Source: Oligoflexales bacterium (GTDB lineage Bacteria; Bdellovibrionota_B; Oligoflexia; Oligoflexales; CAIYRB01). Taken from it: a stretch of DNA of 64,000 bases. The stretch covers positions 22,510-86,509 of the forward strand of contig JBGSUI010000069.1 in assembly GCA_041736175.1 (NCBI GenBank). The letters are read 5' to 3'. The notes beneath the pieces are model-generated. The model was not told the DNA's origin. It saw only the letters and a list, made by a program, of their open reading frames with translations, and made no database searches. Position 1 is the first letter of the stretch. Each line of letters opens with the position of its first letter. Shown here piece after piece: positions 20,442 to 30,501 of this stretch. Made by a program: the position numbers and the translations under genes.

Positions 20442-22559
20442 ATGGTTGCAAAGTTTTTTAGCGTTGTTAAAAAAGCATGGAGTCGGGGAATGGATACCTC
20501 GATTTCAGGGGAATCCTTTGGGGTTTTCTTAGGTCCCAAGGGACTACTCGTCGGAGTTATTCTGGTGTTTTTAGGTCTAACCTGGTTTATCTCCATCAGG
20601 ATTAGTCGGTATTTTACCTTCAATGAAATTTACGAGGATCCGACGCTCTTTAACCTGACTGAGTCTCAGGTGCCCTGGGACGTTTATTATGGGAAGTCCC
20701 CGGTTTGCGGTGTTATGGACTGCTTTGCCCGCTCGGATTGGCCAAAGGAAAACTACCAAAAACAAATGGTGCTGCCAGCGCGGGAGTTTCCTCTTAAGGA
20801 CTATAAACCTGGAGATATGATTTATCTGAGGACTCGGGTTGAAATTCCGGAAAAGCTAATGGTTTCCGGTGCACCTTTGGCGCTGCATTCTGTATATATT
20901 TATGCAAAAAAATATCAATTTTACCTTAATGACCAACTTGTTGCCGAAGGGCCTAGTGAACTCTTTAATATCCCCCTTCCCCGAGACTTGATTCCAGCCA
21001 ACCGCACGATCAACATGGCTTTTGTCATCAATGCTGATGGGTTGAACTCCCAGGGAATCGCCAATCGATACGCGCTGCTGATCGGAAGTAAAGCGACTTT
21101 AGGTAAAAAAGCTTTTCTTGCCGATGAAATGTTAACAACATTTTATTTGTGGTTTTTACTGCCTAAAATAATATTTTGTATTATTTTTTCATTGGTCTAT
21201 CTCTTCGTTACGCCTTCTCTTGCCATGTTTTGTTTTATTTTTTATGCGTTCCTGGGGAGTCTCGATACTTTTATGTATTCAGGATTTGCCGTTGAAATGT
21301 TGAATCTCTCGATAAAATATGATGCATACGGAAATTTGTTTAGGATGTTAAGTGTTCCGTTCCTGATAGGATTTCTTTGGGAACGCCTCGGGACCGGCAA
21401 AAACCAAACCCTAAAGCGGGTTTTCGTTACGGTCTTGAGTATTATCACCGTTTTTGCCACGACCCAAAATTTTTGGAATCATGAAAAAAGCTTTCATTTT
21501 TGGCGGATCTCCCATGCTCTAGTCTACTTGAGCAGCCTCGCCTATGGAGCTTATCTGTCTAGGGCTAAGAAGCAGTCCGGGATCGATCGTTCCCTTGCCA
21601 TCTTTTTCGCGATTTCGATCCTCCCTGCGGGGCTTCGGCTCTTTCATGTGATTTCTGACTGGCTGGGATTGAACCTTCATATGGGAGTATCTTGGCATTG
21701 GATCCACGAATTGGTGATGTTTGTGGTGTTGACTGCGCTGGCCATTATTGACGTGGGGCGATCGCTTTCGACCAAAGCTATTTTAGAAAAGGAATTGGCA
21801 GCCAATGACGAACGCATGGAACTTGCCCAATCCGTCCAGCGGATGCTGCTTCCTCGGGAGTTCAGCGGCCAAAACAAAAACATTGATTATCAATTTTTCT
21901 ATGAACCGGCGGAAAAAATGTCGGGAGATTGGTTTCACTGCTGGGACTCCCCCCAGGCCACTCATCTTTTGATGGGCGACGTCGTGGGTAAAGGGCCCCA
22001 GGCGGCCCTCACGGTCTCGGTCGTCGCTAGTATCGTGAATGAATGTAAAATTGAGGGCAAAGAGATTGACGAATGCATTGAAAAGATCAATAAACATCTT
22101 ATTGCTTTTTTTAATCGAACCATCACCACTACCTTGACCGTGGTCTCGCTGCGACAAGATCGCAGGATAGAGCTGATCAATGCCGGTACTATAGGCTGGA
22201 TGACTATGATTGGCGACAAAGTCGAATATCATCCGTTACGCAGTGGGATTCTAGGCCATCGTGAGACCCTGAATCTAGGGAGAGTTGTGCTAGAGGTCGG
22301 GGATGACTTTACCCTGATGACTTTTACCGACGGTGTGCTCGAAGGCTCAAGGGCATTAAAAAATCTCCGGCAGAAACTCCTAGCAGAAAAATCTCGGCAC
22401 CCGTCGTTTGAAGGGCTTTTTAGATTGGTGGTTTCCTGTGGTTTGTCAAGCGTCCTTGTCGACGATAAAACCCTGCTGGTTGTGGGCAGCAAACGTGCAG
22501 TTCGCGAAGGTTTGTCTGCCTATCCGCCTGAAGAATCGGTAGTATCACGAGCTTTATAG
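20442..22559 (+). CDS. Membrane sensor with SpoIIE/PP2C phosphatase domain
   Basis: Periplasmic domain, about 7 TM helices, LAQSVQRMLLP, SGDWF, GDVVGKG, FTDGV, DDKT. Confidence 0.85.
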   Translation: MVAKFFSVVKKAWSRGMDTSISGESFGVFLGPKGLLVGVILVFLGLTWFISIRISRYFTFNEIYEDPTLFNLTESQVPWDVYYGKSPVCGVMDCFARSDWPKENYQKQMVLPAREFPLKDYKPGDMIYLRTRVEIPEKLMVSGAPLALHSVYIYAKKYQFYLNDQLVAEGPSELFNIPLPRDLIPANRTINMAFVINADGLNSQGIANRYALLIGSKATLGKKAFLADEMLTTFYLWFLLPKIIFCIIFSLVYLFVTPSLAMFCFIFYAFLGSLDTFMYSGFAVEMLNLSIKYDAYGNLFRMLSVPFLIGFLWERLGTGKNQTLKRVFVTVLSIITVFATTQNFWNHEKSFHFWRISHALVYLSSLAYGAYLSRAKKQSGIDRSLAIFFAISILPAGLRLFHVISDWLGLNLHMGVSWHWIHELVMFVVLTALAIIDVGRSLSTKAILEKELAANDERMELAQSVQRMLLPREFSGQNKNIDYQFFYEPAEKMSGDWFHCWDSPQATHLLMGDVVGKGPQAALTVSVVASIVNECKIEGKEIDECIEKINKHLIAFFNRTITTTLTVVSLRQDRRIELINAGTIGWMTMIGDKVEYHPLRSGILGHRETLNLGRVVLEVGDDFTLMTFTDGVLEGSRALKNLRQKLLAEKSRHPSFEGLFRLVVSCGLSSVLVDDKTLLVVGSKRAVREGLSAYPPEESVVSRAL

Positions 22560-22562
22560 AGA

Positions 22563-23915
22563 TTAGTTTGAAATCTTTTGAAGCTCAGACTGAAAGGTGT
22601 TTGAGAAATGTGCCTCTGGATCTGCGTAAAAAGACTGAAAGACTTGATTGTAACTGACGTTTAGATAGTCCACCGTCGAGGCATTGGGGTCCGCATTGGT
22701 ATTTTTTCCTGACCCAAATATGGTACCCACATTGGAAAGGGGGAGTTTGGACTCAGCCACCACGTCCCCCCAGTAGCTATCACAGGACTCGGTTACGATC
22801 ACGGGGAAGTTAAACCTTGATTCTTTGAGAATCGTCAGGAAAGCTCGCTTGGTAATCCAGCCGTTCTCTTGGCCAAGAGTGGTGCCTAAACTTTCAAACC
22901 CTTCGGCTCCGAAACCTTCTGCTCCGAAACCTTCAGTTCCAAACCCTTCGGCCCCAAAACCTTCCGCAGAAAATCCTTCGGTCGCAAACCCTTCGGCCCC
23001 AAGGCCATCGCCGCTTCCGAGGAGTGAAAATTTGTTCATCGTGGCCTGACTAGGACATGAAAACTTTGGAACCCTGCCAATTTTTTTCATGTTATCCCAA
23101 AATATTTGGACGATATTCTTCTGCTTTTCCCGATCGTTTTGCCCTGGGACCTGATTCCAGGTGATTGGAATCCGAGGTGCGACCAAGATACTGTCTAAGT
23201 CAGTGAGGTCTTTTCCATTGGATTTTTGTCCAATATTAGACTTGCCATGGGATTTAATCACAAGGTTAATGCTTGATTTTTCCTTCTTAAAATCGAAGGT
23301 GTCGGCTGTTTGAAGCAGTGCAGCGACAAGGGTTGGGGAATAAACAGCTGGATTTGAGTCAAGCAGGGGATACTTTTGGAGGTTATTGGCGAGAGCACTG
23401 CTCTTGAGTGCCGGAAACTCGACAACCTGGGCTCCACCACCTGGTTTGCAATACAAAAACCTACCTTCTTGAAGGAGCGACGAACGAAAGACGATTAGTC
23501 CTAGGTTTTTATTTTTCGGATTATCGCAGATATTCTTTTTAAGCGCTTCTACTTCGAAGTCAATGAGGCTGGTTAGACAGCTCTTGTCTGCCTCGATGGT
23601 CTCACCGTAGGTCTGGAGATCTGCTGAAAGTTGGTCCAGATCTTTATCGGGCACATTGAGATCCTTAAGAGCCTCCCGATTGTTTTTTAGGGCCGTTACG
23701 ATGCGGTTGTAGTCGTTGCTATACTGGCCTTTGACGATGGTTTCGTTGGCATAGTACATCAAGACTTGGCTTTTGTGGCTTTTAGCATCCCCAACGTTAA
23801 CAGCTTGGATCGCTTTGGGATAAGAGTTCTCACCCTCCGTATGGGACACCAGGTTGCTGCAGGCAATTGTAAGCCCGAATAAACCTAAAAACGCGAAAAA
23901 AGGGGATATCTTCAT
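22563..23915 (-). CDS. Lipoprotein, possible clan CD (clostripain/caspase-like) cysteine peptidase with internal pentapeptide repeat
   Basis: Lipobox TIAC; NLVIKSHG and VIVTESCDS His/Cys-dyad-like motifs. Confidence 0.5.
   Translation of the reverse strand: MKISPFFAFLGLFGLTIACSNLVSHTEGENSYPKAIQAVNVGDAKSHKSQVLMYYANETIVKGQYSNDYNRIVTALKNNREALKDLNVPDKDLDQLSADLQTYGETIEADKSCLTSLIDFEVEALKKNICDNPKNKNLGLIVFRSSLLQEGRFLYCKPGGGAQVVEFPALKSSALANNLQKYPLLDSNPAVYSPTLVAALLQTADTFDFKKEKSSINLVIKSHGKSNIGQKSNGKDLTDLDSILVAPRIPITWNQVPGQNDREKQKNIVQIFWDNMKKIGRVPKFSCPSQATMNKFSLLGSGDGLGAEGFATEGFSAEGFGAEGFGTEGFGAEGFGAEGFESLGTTLGQENGWITKRAFLTILKESRFNFPVIVTESCDSYWGDVVAESKLPLSNVGTIFGSGKNTNADPNASTVDYLNVSYNQVFQSFYADPEAHFSNTFQSELQKISN
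22896..23006 (-). repeat. 15-bp coding tandem repeat, about 7 units of G[FL]xxE
   Basis: GLGAE GFATE GFSAE GFGAE GFGTE GFGAE GFGAE GFESL. Confidence 0.9.
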
Positions 23916-23960
23916 CTGGATTCTCCTCTGGGGTAAAAAAGCGAGGTGCCTAATAATCCC

Positions 23961-23976
23961 TGCAAAAAAAAAGCCA
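23961..23976 (-). promoter_or_regulatory. sigma54-like promoter
   Basis: TGGCTTTTTTTTTGCA (GG-N10-GC), 46 bp upstream of the 23915 start. Confidence 0.55.
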
Positions 23977-24310
23977 GGGAGAGGCCATTTGAAATCAGGA
24001 GTTTTTATATAGGGATACCTTTATGACTAAAGCTCCTGAGTTGCTGATTGTTGGAGCTTTTGACAGCCATGTGCATTGTCTAAACACTTTTTTAAAAAAT
24101 GATCGTCTGGCGCTGTGATCATTTTTAAACAGGAATGTTCATTAATTCTTGGCGATTGACTTGGGTTTATTGGCTGCGGAGTCTAGGTCTCTTGGTAGAG
24201 CCTTCAAAACGTTAAAATGCCTCTTTTTTAAGCACTCAGCTTTAAGCCGGTCGGCTTTCTGGGTTTCACGGCGATTCTAGGCGGCTTTTTAGGGGTTTCC
24301 CTACCTTAGC

Positions 24311-24405
24311 CGTTCAAAAGACACCCAAAAATGCTGTAACTAATTGTTATTATTGAACATAATCGCTAGGCGACCTGCGTTCAAAAGACATCTGTTTTTT
24401 GAACG
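24311..24405. repeat. res-like site: direct repeat CGTTCAAAAGACA plus 28-bp inverted repeat
   Basis: CGTTCAAAAGACA at 24311 and 24378; CGTTCAAAA-N10-TTTTGAACG at 24378-24405. Confidence 0.6.
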
Positions 24406-24737
24406 AAAAGGTGGCATTTTTGTTTTTTGCAAGGATTTGGGATTTATAACCAACAAAATTGGTCCGTTAGATTACAACAACATCACCATAATTGCTGTTG
24501 TAGTATATTTATAATCATACAACAACATAATTGTTGCGGTGTTCGATCGGAATGCACAATAAAGAGGCACTTGGACCGGCAAAGTTGGGATCGATAGTTA
24601 AAAATATTGGGTGAACTGAAAACCCACTTTTTTAAAAAAATCCTCAGCGAGGTTGGACTAGGTTTTCAGGTTAAAGAAGTGTAAGTCATCCATTGGATTC
24701 GTTGTTAAGGATGTTTCTGAATACAAGGAGGTTTTTT

Positions 24738-25124
24738 ATGAGATTACAGAATAAGATATTACTCGGTATTTGGTTGGCTTTTCCGGGTGCTGCATTTTCG
24801 GCAGCACCTGTAGAAAACGACGATAATGTCGGCGTCCTTGAGTCACTGCGGCCTGGTCCCCGACCTGGTCCCCGTCCAATTCCTCGGCCGATTCCTCGGC
24901 CGATTCCCCGGCCTATCCCGGTACCGGTCCCAAGACCTTATCCTATTCCAGTGCCGGTTCCTGCCCCAGTACAGTATCGTTGCTTAGCTCAAACTCAGGA
25001 TGGTCTCAACCAGTGGAATGGAGTCATCAGTGTAGATTACAATATGGCCAATGACAGTGCCCTTCGTACCTGCGAGCAGAATTCTAGTCAATCATGCTAT
25101 ATCGTGCGTTGCGATCAGTTCTAG
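24738..25124 (+). CDS. Small secreted protein with Pro/Arg repeat and Cys-stabilised C-terminal domain
   Basis: SD AGGAGG, signal peptide, (RPGP)2(RPIP)4, four Cys in the C-terminal domain. Confidence 0.75.
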   Translation: MRLQNKILLGIWLAFPGAAFSAAPVENDDNVGVLESLRPGPRPGPRPIPRPIPRPIPRPIPVPVPRPYPIPVPVPAPVQYRCLAQTQDGLNQWNGVISVDYNMANDSALRTCEQNSSQSCYIVRCDQF

Positions 25125-25387
25125 TCAGTAGGGTGTTGCCGAGCTAGCTCGGCCACACCCTTAAAAAGATTGAAAAAAGACTCATGATCAAGCGTAAAGA
25201 GCGGTATAGCCTGTGGAGTTACAAATTCATTAAAATGGGCCTTAGCAAGCTCAACAACATCCACGCTGTCCGTAGCTTCCTTTATTGCATCGTAGCTGTC
25301 AGCAAAAGTGCAGTTTCCATCAAAACTTCTAGGGAAGTCGGGATATTTGTCACGGAAGTTCCAGCCAAGGACATCTGTGGTAAACAT
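25121..25387 (-). CDS. Small hypothetical protein
   Basis: GGAGG SD directly after the SEC-C gene; 88 aa. Confidence 0.5.
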   Translation of the reverse strand: MFTTDVLGWNFRDKYPDFPRSFDGNCTFADSYDAIKEATDSVDVVELAKAHFNEFVTPQAIPLFTLDHESFFNLFKGVAELARQHPTD

Positions 25388-25399
25388 TCTTTTTACCTC

Positions 25400-26260
25400 C
25401 TAAGAATTCATGCAGCATTTCTTGAACTTCTTGCCGCTTCCACATGGACATGGGTCGTTACGACCAACTTTATTTGCGCTCACAGGATCATCTGGGGCCT
25501 GGTTTTCCGCGATGTACCTACCAAAAAGCGCCTTGATATTATCATGGCGTTTTCGGACCTTTTGCCAGATCTCAGGAATGTCTTGGACCATTGCATCGAT
25601 GACTGCTTGTGGTTGAGCCAGCACCTGTTTTGGTTCGTTAACAATATTTACCAGATTGGGATCCTGGTAGGATAGGCGCACGGTGCTGTAGTCCGCTTGA
25701 TTTTGCCGCCGGTAGTCAGCCTCAGGAAGTACAAAGGTCAAAAACACTTCAGTGCATGAGCACTTTGGATTGATGCAATAGGAGTCAAAAGCGTCGACAC
25801 GCTTGCCGCCCACGCTAAAACGAAAGGGGGCTGCATGGGGCAGAAAATCCCGGTACCAATAGACCGAACCGTCGCCGTCATCAATAAAGTAGAGCGGTAT
25901 TTTTTGGATATCCGCAGTTTCAGTGATTTCTTCTTTGGCTTTGGTGTATACGGTGAGCAGGTCCAGCCATTCTTTCTCGGTGAGTGATCGTGCCATATGT
26001 CGGGCAAAGCTTAAGGCTTTACCGCCTGCATTGCCGAGATCATCGACCTTTCGACTGCGCACTTCGAGGGCAAAGCTGACCTCAGGGTTGGTTCCCTCGC
26101 TAGGGGCCAATTTAAAATGGACTAGTTCGCAAGGGCAAGAGGCCAGATCGCAGACGCTTGTCGTGCCGATGTAGTCTGACCCGGCTAGTGGGCCGGACTC
26201 GAATCGAAACCGTGCTGCTGCCTCAATATCGCCTTCTTTCTTGGGTTTGATCTCTAACAA
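25400..26260 (-). CDS. SEC-C motif protein
   Basis: [20 protein letters not shown]; internal CDLASCPC and CINPKCSC. Confidence 0.85.
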   Translation of the reverse strand: MLEIKPKKEGDIEAAARFRFESGPLAGSDYIGTTSVCDLASCPCELVHFKLAPSEGTNPEVSFALEVRSRKVDDLGNAGGKALSFARHMARSLTEKEWLDLLTVYTKAKEEITETADIQKIPLYFIDDGDGSVYWYRDFLPHAAPFRFSVGGKRVDAFDSYCINPKCSCTEVFLTFVLPEADYRRQNQADYSTVRLSYQDPNLVNIVNEPKQVLAQPQAVIDAMVQDIPEIWQKVRKRHDNIKALFGRYIAENQAPDDPVSANKVGRNDPCPCGSGKKFKKCCMNS

Positions 26261-26535
26261 AATTCAACCTCGTTCATATGGAGGATATTGACAGTAATTT
26301 GACATTCATCCTTCTCGCAGCCCAGTATCAAAATAAATCTGTAAAATCTAGTTCGATTTTTTTTAGCACGGAACCGCCCCGCGGTTGTGGTCGTGTAAAT
26401 ATCCTATATTATTGGAGCGTATCATGTTTTTGTGGTCAATTGGCATCCTCCAGAGACCCCGTTGTCGGAGAGGCTTTATCCAGAGGGACCTGTCTATTAT
26501 CAAGGCAGCGACTGACCCATTTTCGGCCTTCAGCT

Positions 26536-28110
26536 TCAAGGGCTCTTTTGGATCTTGGCTGCCATTTCCATCGCATTGAAGAGATTCAATCTACCACCTG
26601 TGCCAACCAACTGGCTGGCGGTACTCAATTGTTTATCCTTGGACTGACCAACTCCTGGTACTGACATGGTCCCCTCCATTTTCTCTGTTGATGCTAGCAA
26701 AATGCGTTTAAGGTCAGCCGCCTTAAGGTGGGGAAAATGACCCAAGAGAAAAGCCGCTGCACCAGACGTTATGGCTGTTGCATGACTTGTGCCACTTGAG
26801 GTTATATTGAATTCATAATTGAGGGGTTGGAGCGAAACAATATTCTCCCCTGGAGAAAGGATGTCGACTTTTTTGGTCCCGAAATTGGAAAAAGCAGAGA
26901 TTCGAAGTTTGGAATCTTTCTCGACTGATCGCCCATAACTACCTACTATGATCCAATTTGCAAAGGGTTCGTCCCTATCCGGAAATTGAGTAATGGTCTC
27001 TCTATTTTCACCTTTATTTCCAGCAGAGCTCACCACTAACACATCGTTTTTTCTTGCGTATTGGAGGGCTTCTCTGATTTTTTCGGGAAAAGGAGAGTAT
27101 TTCTTTCCAAAAGACATGTTGATTATTTTTGCTCCGTGATCGACAGCATAGCGGATGGCATGGTAGATATTTTCATCTCGCTCATCCCCAGACGTGGGGA
27201 CCGCTGCCAATGGCATGATTAGGGCTGTGGAGCTGATCCCATTAATACCGGCCCCGTTTCCTCGGTTCGCGGCAATCAGGCTGCTCATAGCAGTCCCATG
27301 AAATTCCGCTTGCTCAACGGGGTTCACATCACGACTCCCCCAATTGACGCTGTTAAAATCAAGTTTCTTTCCAGAATAAAGATCACCTTCTACCGGCGAA
27401 ATAGTTAAACTGCGATTAATCACATTCTTTGCAAATTCATTTTTTTCGATTTCACCGACTTCATCGGAGTTCATGGTACGCTCAATGTGATTGAGTACCT
27501 TATCGATCTCCGCAACCTCCAATTCATAGTCTTTTTTGATTATCTGCTGTGTTTCGGTCAAAGGACCATTTTTAGGTAATGCAGCATAGAGTCTGGTGAT
27601 TTCGAGGGTATCAATCCGACCTTTAAGTTCGAACTTCTTTGTTTCACCCTGGTATTGATAAGTCCTCGCTGGATCCGGAAAAAAGCTCCAACCGTTGCTT
27701 TGGTCCATGGTTCCTTTGGCGCTCGTTGTCATGGCGTATTTTCCATCAGACGCATCTGGATTGGTCCAAATTCTACCGTTAAAATCTGGGTGATCGATAT
27801 CAATACCTGAGTCAATCACCGCAACAACCACTGGATTTTTAGGCTCTCCATAGTTCAAAAGGGCTTTATCAAGATCGATTCCGTTTGCTCCGAGATGCCA
27901 CTGATCACCAGGACCTTTGACGGCTGATTTTATCGATTCGATTTGGTGGCGTGTTAAATACTCCAACAGAATATCCGTGGATTCGCTACCTGATACCAAA
28001 GACTCTGTAATTTTTTGCTTACAAGATGTCACCCACCCAAGGGTTATCAGCAAAAAACTAAACTTGATATTTCGTATAATCAAACGAAAATAAGTAGGCT
28101 TGAAAACCAT
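26536..28110 (-). CDS. Subtilisin-like S8 serine peptidase, lipoprotein
   Basis: Triad VAVIDSG / FHGT / SGTSHA, SAGN oxyanion motif, lipobox VTSC. Confidence 0.92.
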   Translation of the reverse strand: MVFKPTYFRLIIRNIKFSFLLITLGWVTSCKQKITESLVSGSESTDILLEYLTRHQIESIKSAVKGPGDQWHLGANGIDLDKALLNYGEPKNPVVVAVIDSGIDIDHPDFNGRIWTNPDASDGKYAMTTSAKGTMDQSNGWSFFPDPARTYQYQGETKKFELKGRIDTLEITRLYAALPKNGPLTETQQIIKKDYELEVAEIDKVLNHIERTMNSDEVGEIEKNEFAKNVINRSLTISPVEGDLYSGKKLDFNSVNWGSRDVNPVEQAEFHGTAMSSLIAANRGNGAGINGISSTALIMPLAAVPTSGDERDENIYHAIRYAVDHGAKIINMSFGKKYSPFPEKIREALQYARKNDVLVVSSAGNKGENRETITQFPDRDEPFANWIIVGSYGRSVEKDSKLRISAFSNFGTKKVDILSPGENIVSLQPLNYEFNITSSGTSHATAITSGAAAFLLGHFPHLKAADLKRILLASTEKMEGTMSVPGVGQSKDKQLSTASQLVGTGGRLNLFNAMEMAAKIQKSP

Positions 28111-28193
28111 ATTGATTCCTTATTTAAAAGCATCTAAGGGCTGAATGTGCCAATAATCTAGACTTATAACAATTTTTAGAATAGAGTTATTGC

Positions 28194-28209
28194 AGCAAAA
28201 AATGTTCCA
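28194..28209 (-). promoter_or_regulatory. sigma54-like promoter
   Basis: TGGAACATTTTTTGCT, 84 bp upstream of the S8 gene. Confidence 0.6.
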
Positions 28210-28406
28210 ACCATCGATCCAAAAAAATCGCTACCAATTTGGCAAAGTTAAATCCCTGAACCTCGGGATCACGGTGTCATTGGCCTAGCTTACTGCAAAA
28301 TATTTAGGCAGTTTCGCTCCGAAAAACCTATGCCATCTGCGATAAAGTCCGGAAAGTTGCCGAAGGGCATTAAACCCCACACCTTTCCGAACCTTTTTAA
28401 GGAGAT

Positions 28407-29246
28407 CTAGATTTTTTGGGCGGTCTCGCGGACCCAAGGTGCGTACTGTGACAAATTAGAGTAGATTCCAGTCGCTGCACACACTCCTGGACCGCCCACA
28501 GTCGAACCAATCACGAGCAACTCACCATTTTTTTGTAGATACATTGGTCCCCCGCTATCTCCTTGGCATCCTCCAGAGACCCCGTCGTCAGATTTAAATT
28601 GGATTAAACCAAACAGGTCCTGTGTGACTCTCCCTTCGAGAGGGGGTTCGGGGTAAATTTGGGAAATCCGCGTCTCGACCTGGTAGAGCAACCCTGGATT
28701 GGAGTAAGGAGCCTTACTTCCCTTAGGGATAATACGTCCGTATCCTGCTAAGATCACTGGGTCACCTGCAGAAAAATCTGTCGGTAGCCCCATTGCCACA
28801 GGTTGCATAAAGGCTGGAGCGTTGCGGTCGAGGCGTATCAGAGCAATGTCATAGGTCAACATAGGACTCGATGGGCTACTGAAGTTTTCATGGGCGTAGG
28901 CCGTGCCACGAATCACTGTTGATCGATCGACTTGACCTAGGCCAAAACTGACGAAAACCCTCGGACTAACACAATGGGCCGCTGTGAGTACTAGATCCTG
29001 TTCGATAAGCGTCCCTGAACAATAGGGAGTCCATCCCCCTTGAGGCAATGGTTGGACTAAACCAACAGTGCTCCAGGCAACAGGGTCGCTCGGCAACACT
29101 GCATCGCCGTTTGCGATTTTTGGTGTCGATTCTTGAGCAGAGGGACTTGTCTCCCCACATGAAATGATCGCTCCAGATCCGAGGAGGATGGATAAAAACA
29201 GGCCACGTCTAACGTCACGTCCCTTAAGGGTCGTATGTTTTTTCAT
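28407..29246 (-). CDS. Trypsin-like S1 serine protease, lipoprotein
   Basis: LTAAHC, YDIALIRL, CQGDSGGP; lipobox IISC. Confidence 0.93.
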   Translation of the reverse strand: MKKHTTLKGRDVRRGLFLSILLGSGAIISCGETSPSAQESTPKIANGDAVLPSDPVAWSTVGLVQPLPQGGWTPYCSGTLIEQDLVLTAAHCVSPRVFVSFGLGQVDRSTVIRGTAYAHENFSSPSSPMLTYDIALIRLDRNAPAFMQPVAMGLPTDFSAGDPVILAGYGRIIPKGSKAPYSNPGLLYQVETRISQIYPEPPLEGRVTQDLFGLIQFKSDDGVSGGCQGDSGGPMYLQKNGELLVIGSTVGGPGVCAATGIYSNLSQYAPWVRETAQKI

Positions 29247-29297
29247 TGGTATCCTCTTTGGTAATTTTAGTCGAGAAATTTTGCTAAAAGATTGATA

Positions 29298-30317
29298 TTA
29301 ATTTTCTAGATTGACCAAAGCTTTGCCGGTGTTTTCCCCTAAAAACAAGCCGCGAAAGGCCGATACGGCTTGGTCGATTCCATAAAACATAGTGGTCCGA
29401 TCTTTGATCAAACCCTCACGAAGCCAGCCACTCATGTCCCTAACAAATTCGTCGTGGAGCTCTGAATGATCCGAGACGATAAATCCGCTGACAGTCAGTC
29501 GCTTTGCTACGATTTGCATAAGATTAGCTGGTCCCGCGACCGACTTTGTTGCGTTGTATTGGGAAATGGCGCCGCAAGCAGCGATATGACCAAAGTCTTT
29601 CATAAAGTCCAAGGCTGCTTCCAGGTGATCTCCGCCAATATTGTCGAAGTAAACATCAAACCCCTCACCGGCGACTTTGGCAAGCTGGTCCCTGATGGGA
29701 GCTTTTTTGTAGTTGATGACTTGGTCAAAGCCGAGCTCGTCTTTTAAATAGCTGGCTTTTTCGTCCGAACCGCAGGACCCGACGACATAACAACCCTTAA
29801 TCTTGGCTATTTGCCCCACAAGCATACCTACTGCTCCTGCAGCTCCAGAAACAAAAACCCTTTGATTAGATTTTAGGTTTGCGATTTTGAGGAGGCCTAC
29901 ATAGGCTGTCATTCCTGGCATCCCGAGGGTTCCTAGCCAAATCTCTGGGGTCAATCCAGAGATTTCCGGAAGTTTTTTGAGATCGCTTCGGTCGTTGGCG
30001 GCGACAAAATAGTTGCGCCAACCGGAAAAATGGTTCACCAGGCTCCCCACAGGCAAATCGGCCCGTTGGCTGGCGATGACTCGGCCCACAGCGCCCCCCG
30101 TTAGGGCTTCTCCTAATGGAAATGGATCCACATAGCTGCGACGTCCCGTCATACGTCCGCGCATGTAGGGATCAACCGACATAAATAGATTTTTAATGAG
30201 GACTTCTCCAGGATTTAAGGCATCCGAAACTTTTGTATCAAGGATTTGGAAATCCTGATCTTGGGGAATCCCTTGAGGGTAGCTTTTTAAGATGACTTCT
30301 TTGTTTAGATATTCCAT
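29298..30317 (-). CDS. NADP-dependent oxidoreductase (CurA/prostaglandin reductase family)
   Basis: SVDPYMRGRM, LGMPGMTAYVGL, VSGAAGAVG, YFDNIGG, CGAISQYN. Confidence 0.9.
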   Translation of the reverse strand: MEYLNKEVILKSYPQGIPQDQDFQILDTKVSDALNPGEVLIKNLFMSVDPYMRGRMTGRRSYVDPFPLGEALTGGAVGRVIASQRADLPVGSLVNHFSGWRNYFVAANDRSDLKKLPEISGLTPEIWLGTLGMPGMTAYVGLLKIANLKSNQRVFVSGAAGAVGMLVGQIAKIKGCYVVGSCGSDEKASYLKDELGFDQVINYKKAPIRDQLAKVAGEGFDVYFDNIGGDHLEAALDFMKDFGHIAACGAISQYNATKSVAGPANLMQIVAKRLTVSGFIVSDHSELHDEFVRDMSGWLREGLIKDRTTMFYGIDQAVSAFRGLFLGENTGKALVNLEN

Positions 30318-30391
30318 GGGTTTCTGCCTTTGCTTGAGCTGTGACTCGACGGAGCGTGGCTTAAGGCTTTAAGCTGCCCCGTTCCATGTAT

Positions 30392-30418
30392 ATTGCATAC
30401 AAATAATATGTATGCAAT
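30392..30418. promoter_or_regulatory. Perfect inverted repeat, probable operator
   Basis: ATTGCATACA-N7-TGTATGCAAT upstream of the oxidoreductase. Confidence 0.6.
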
Positions 30419-30501
30419 GCAAATTCGCACCAATTATATATATCAAGTAAATACAGATAGTTATAATGATGTTCCTGGCCGAACCAATAAGGGGATCTTT
30501 T

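Noticed and set aside
22896..23006. CRISPR array
   Set aside because: 15-bp contiguous in-frame coding units with no spacers; no cas genes seen.
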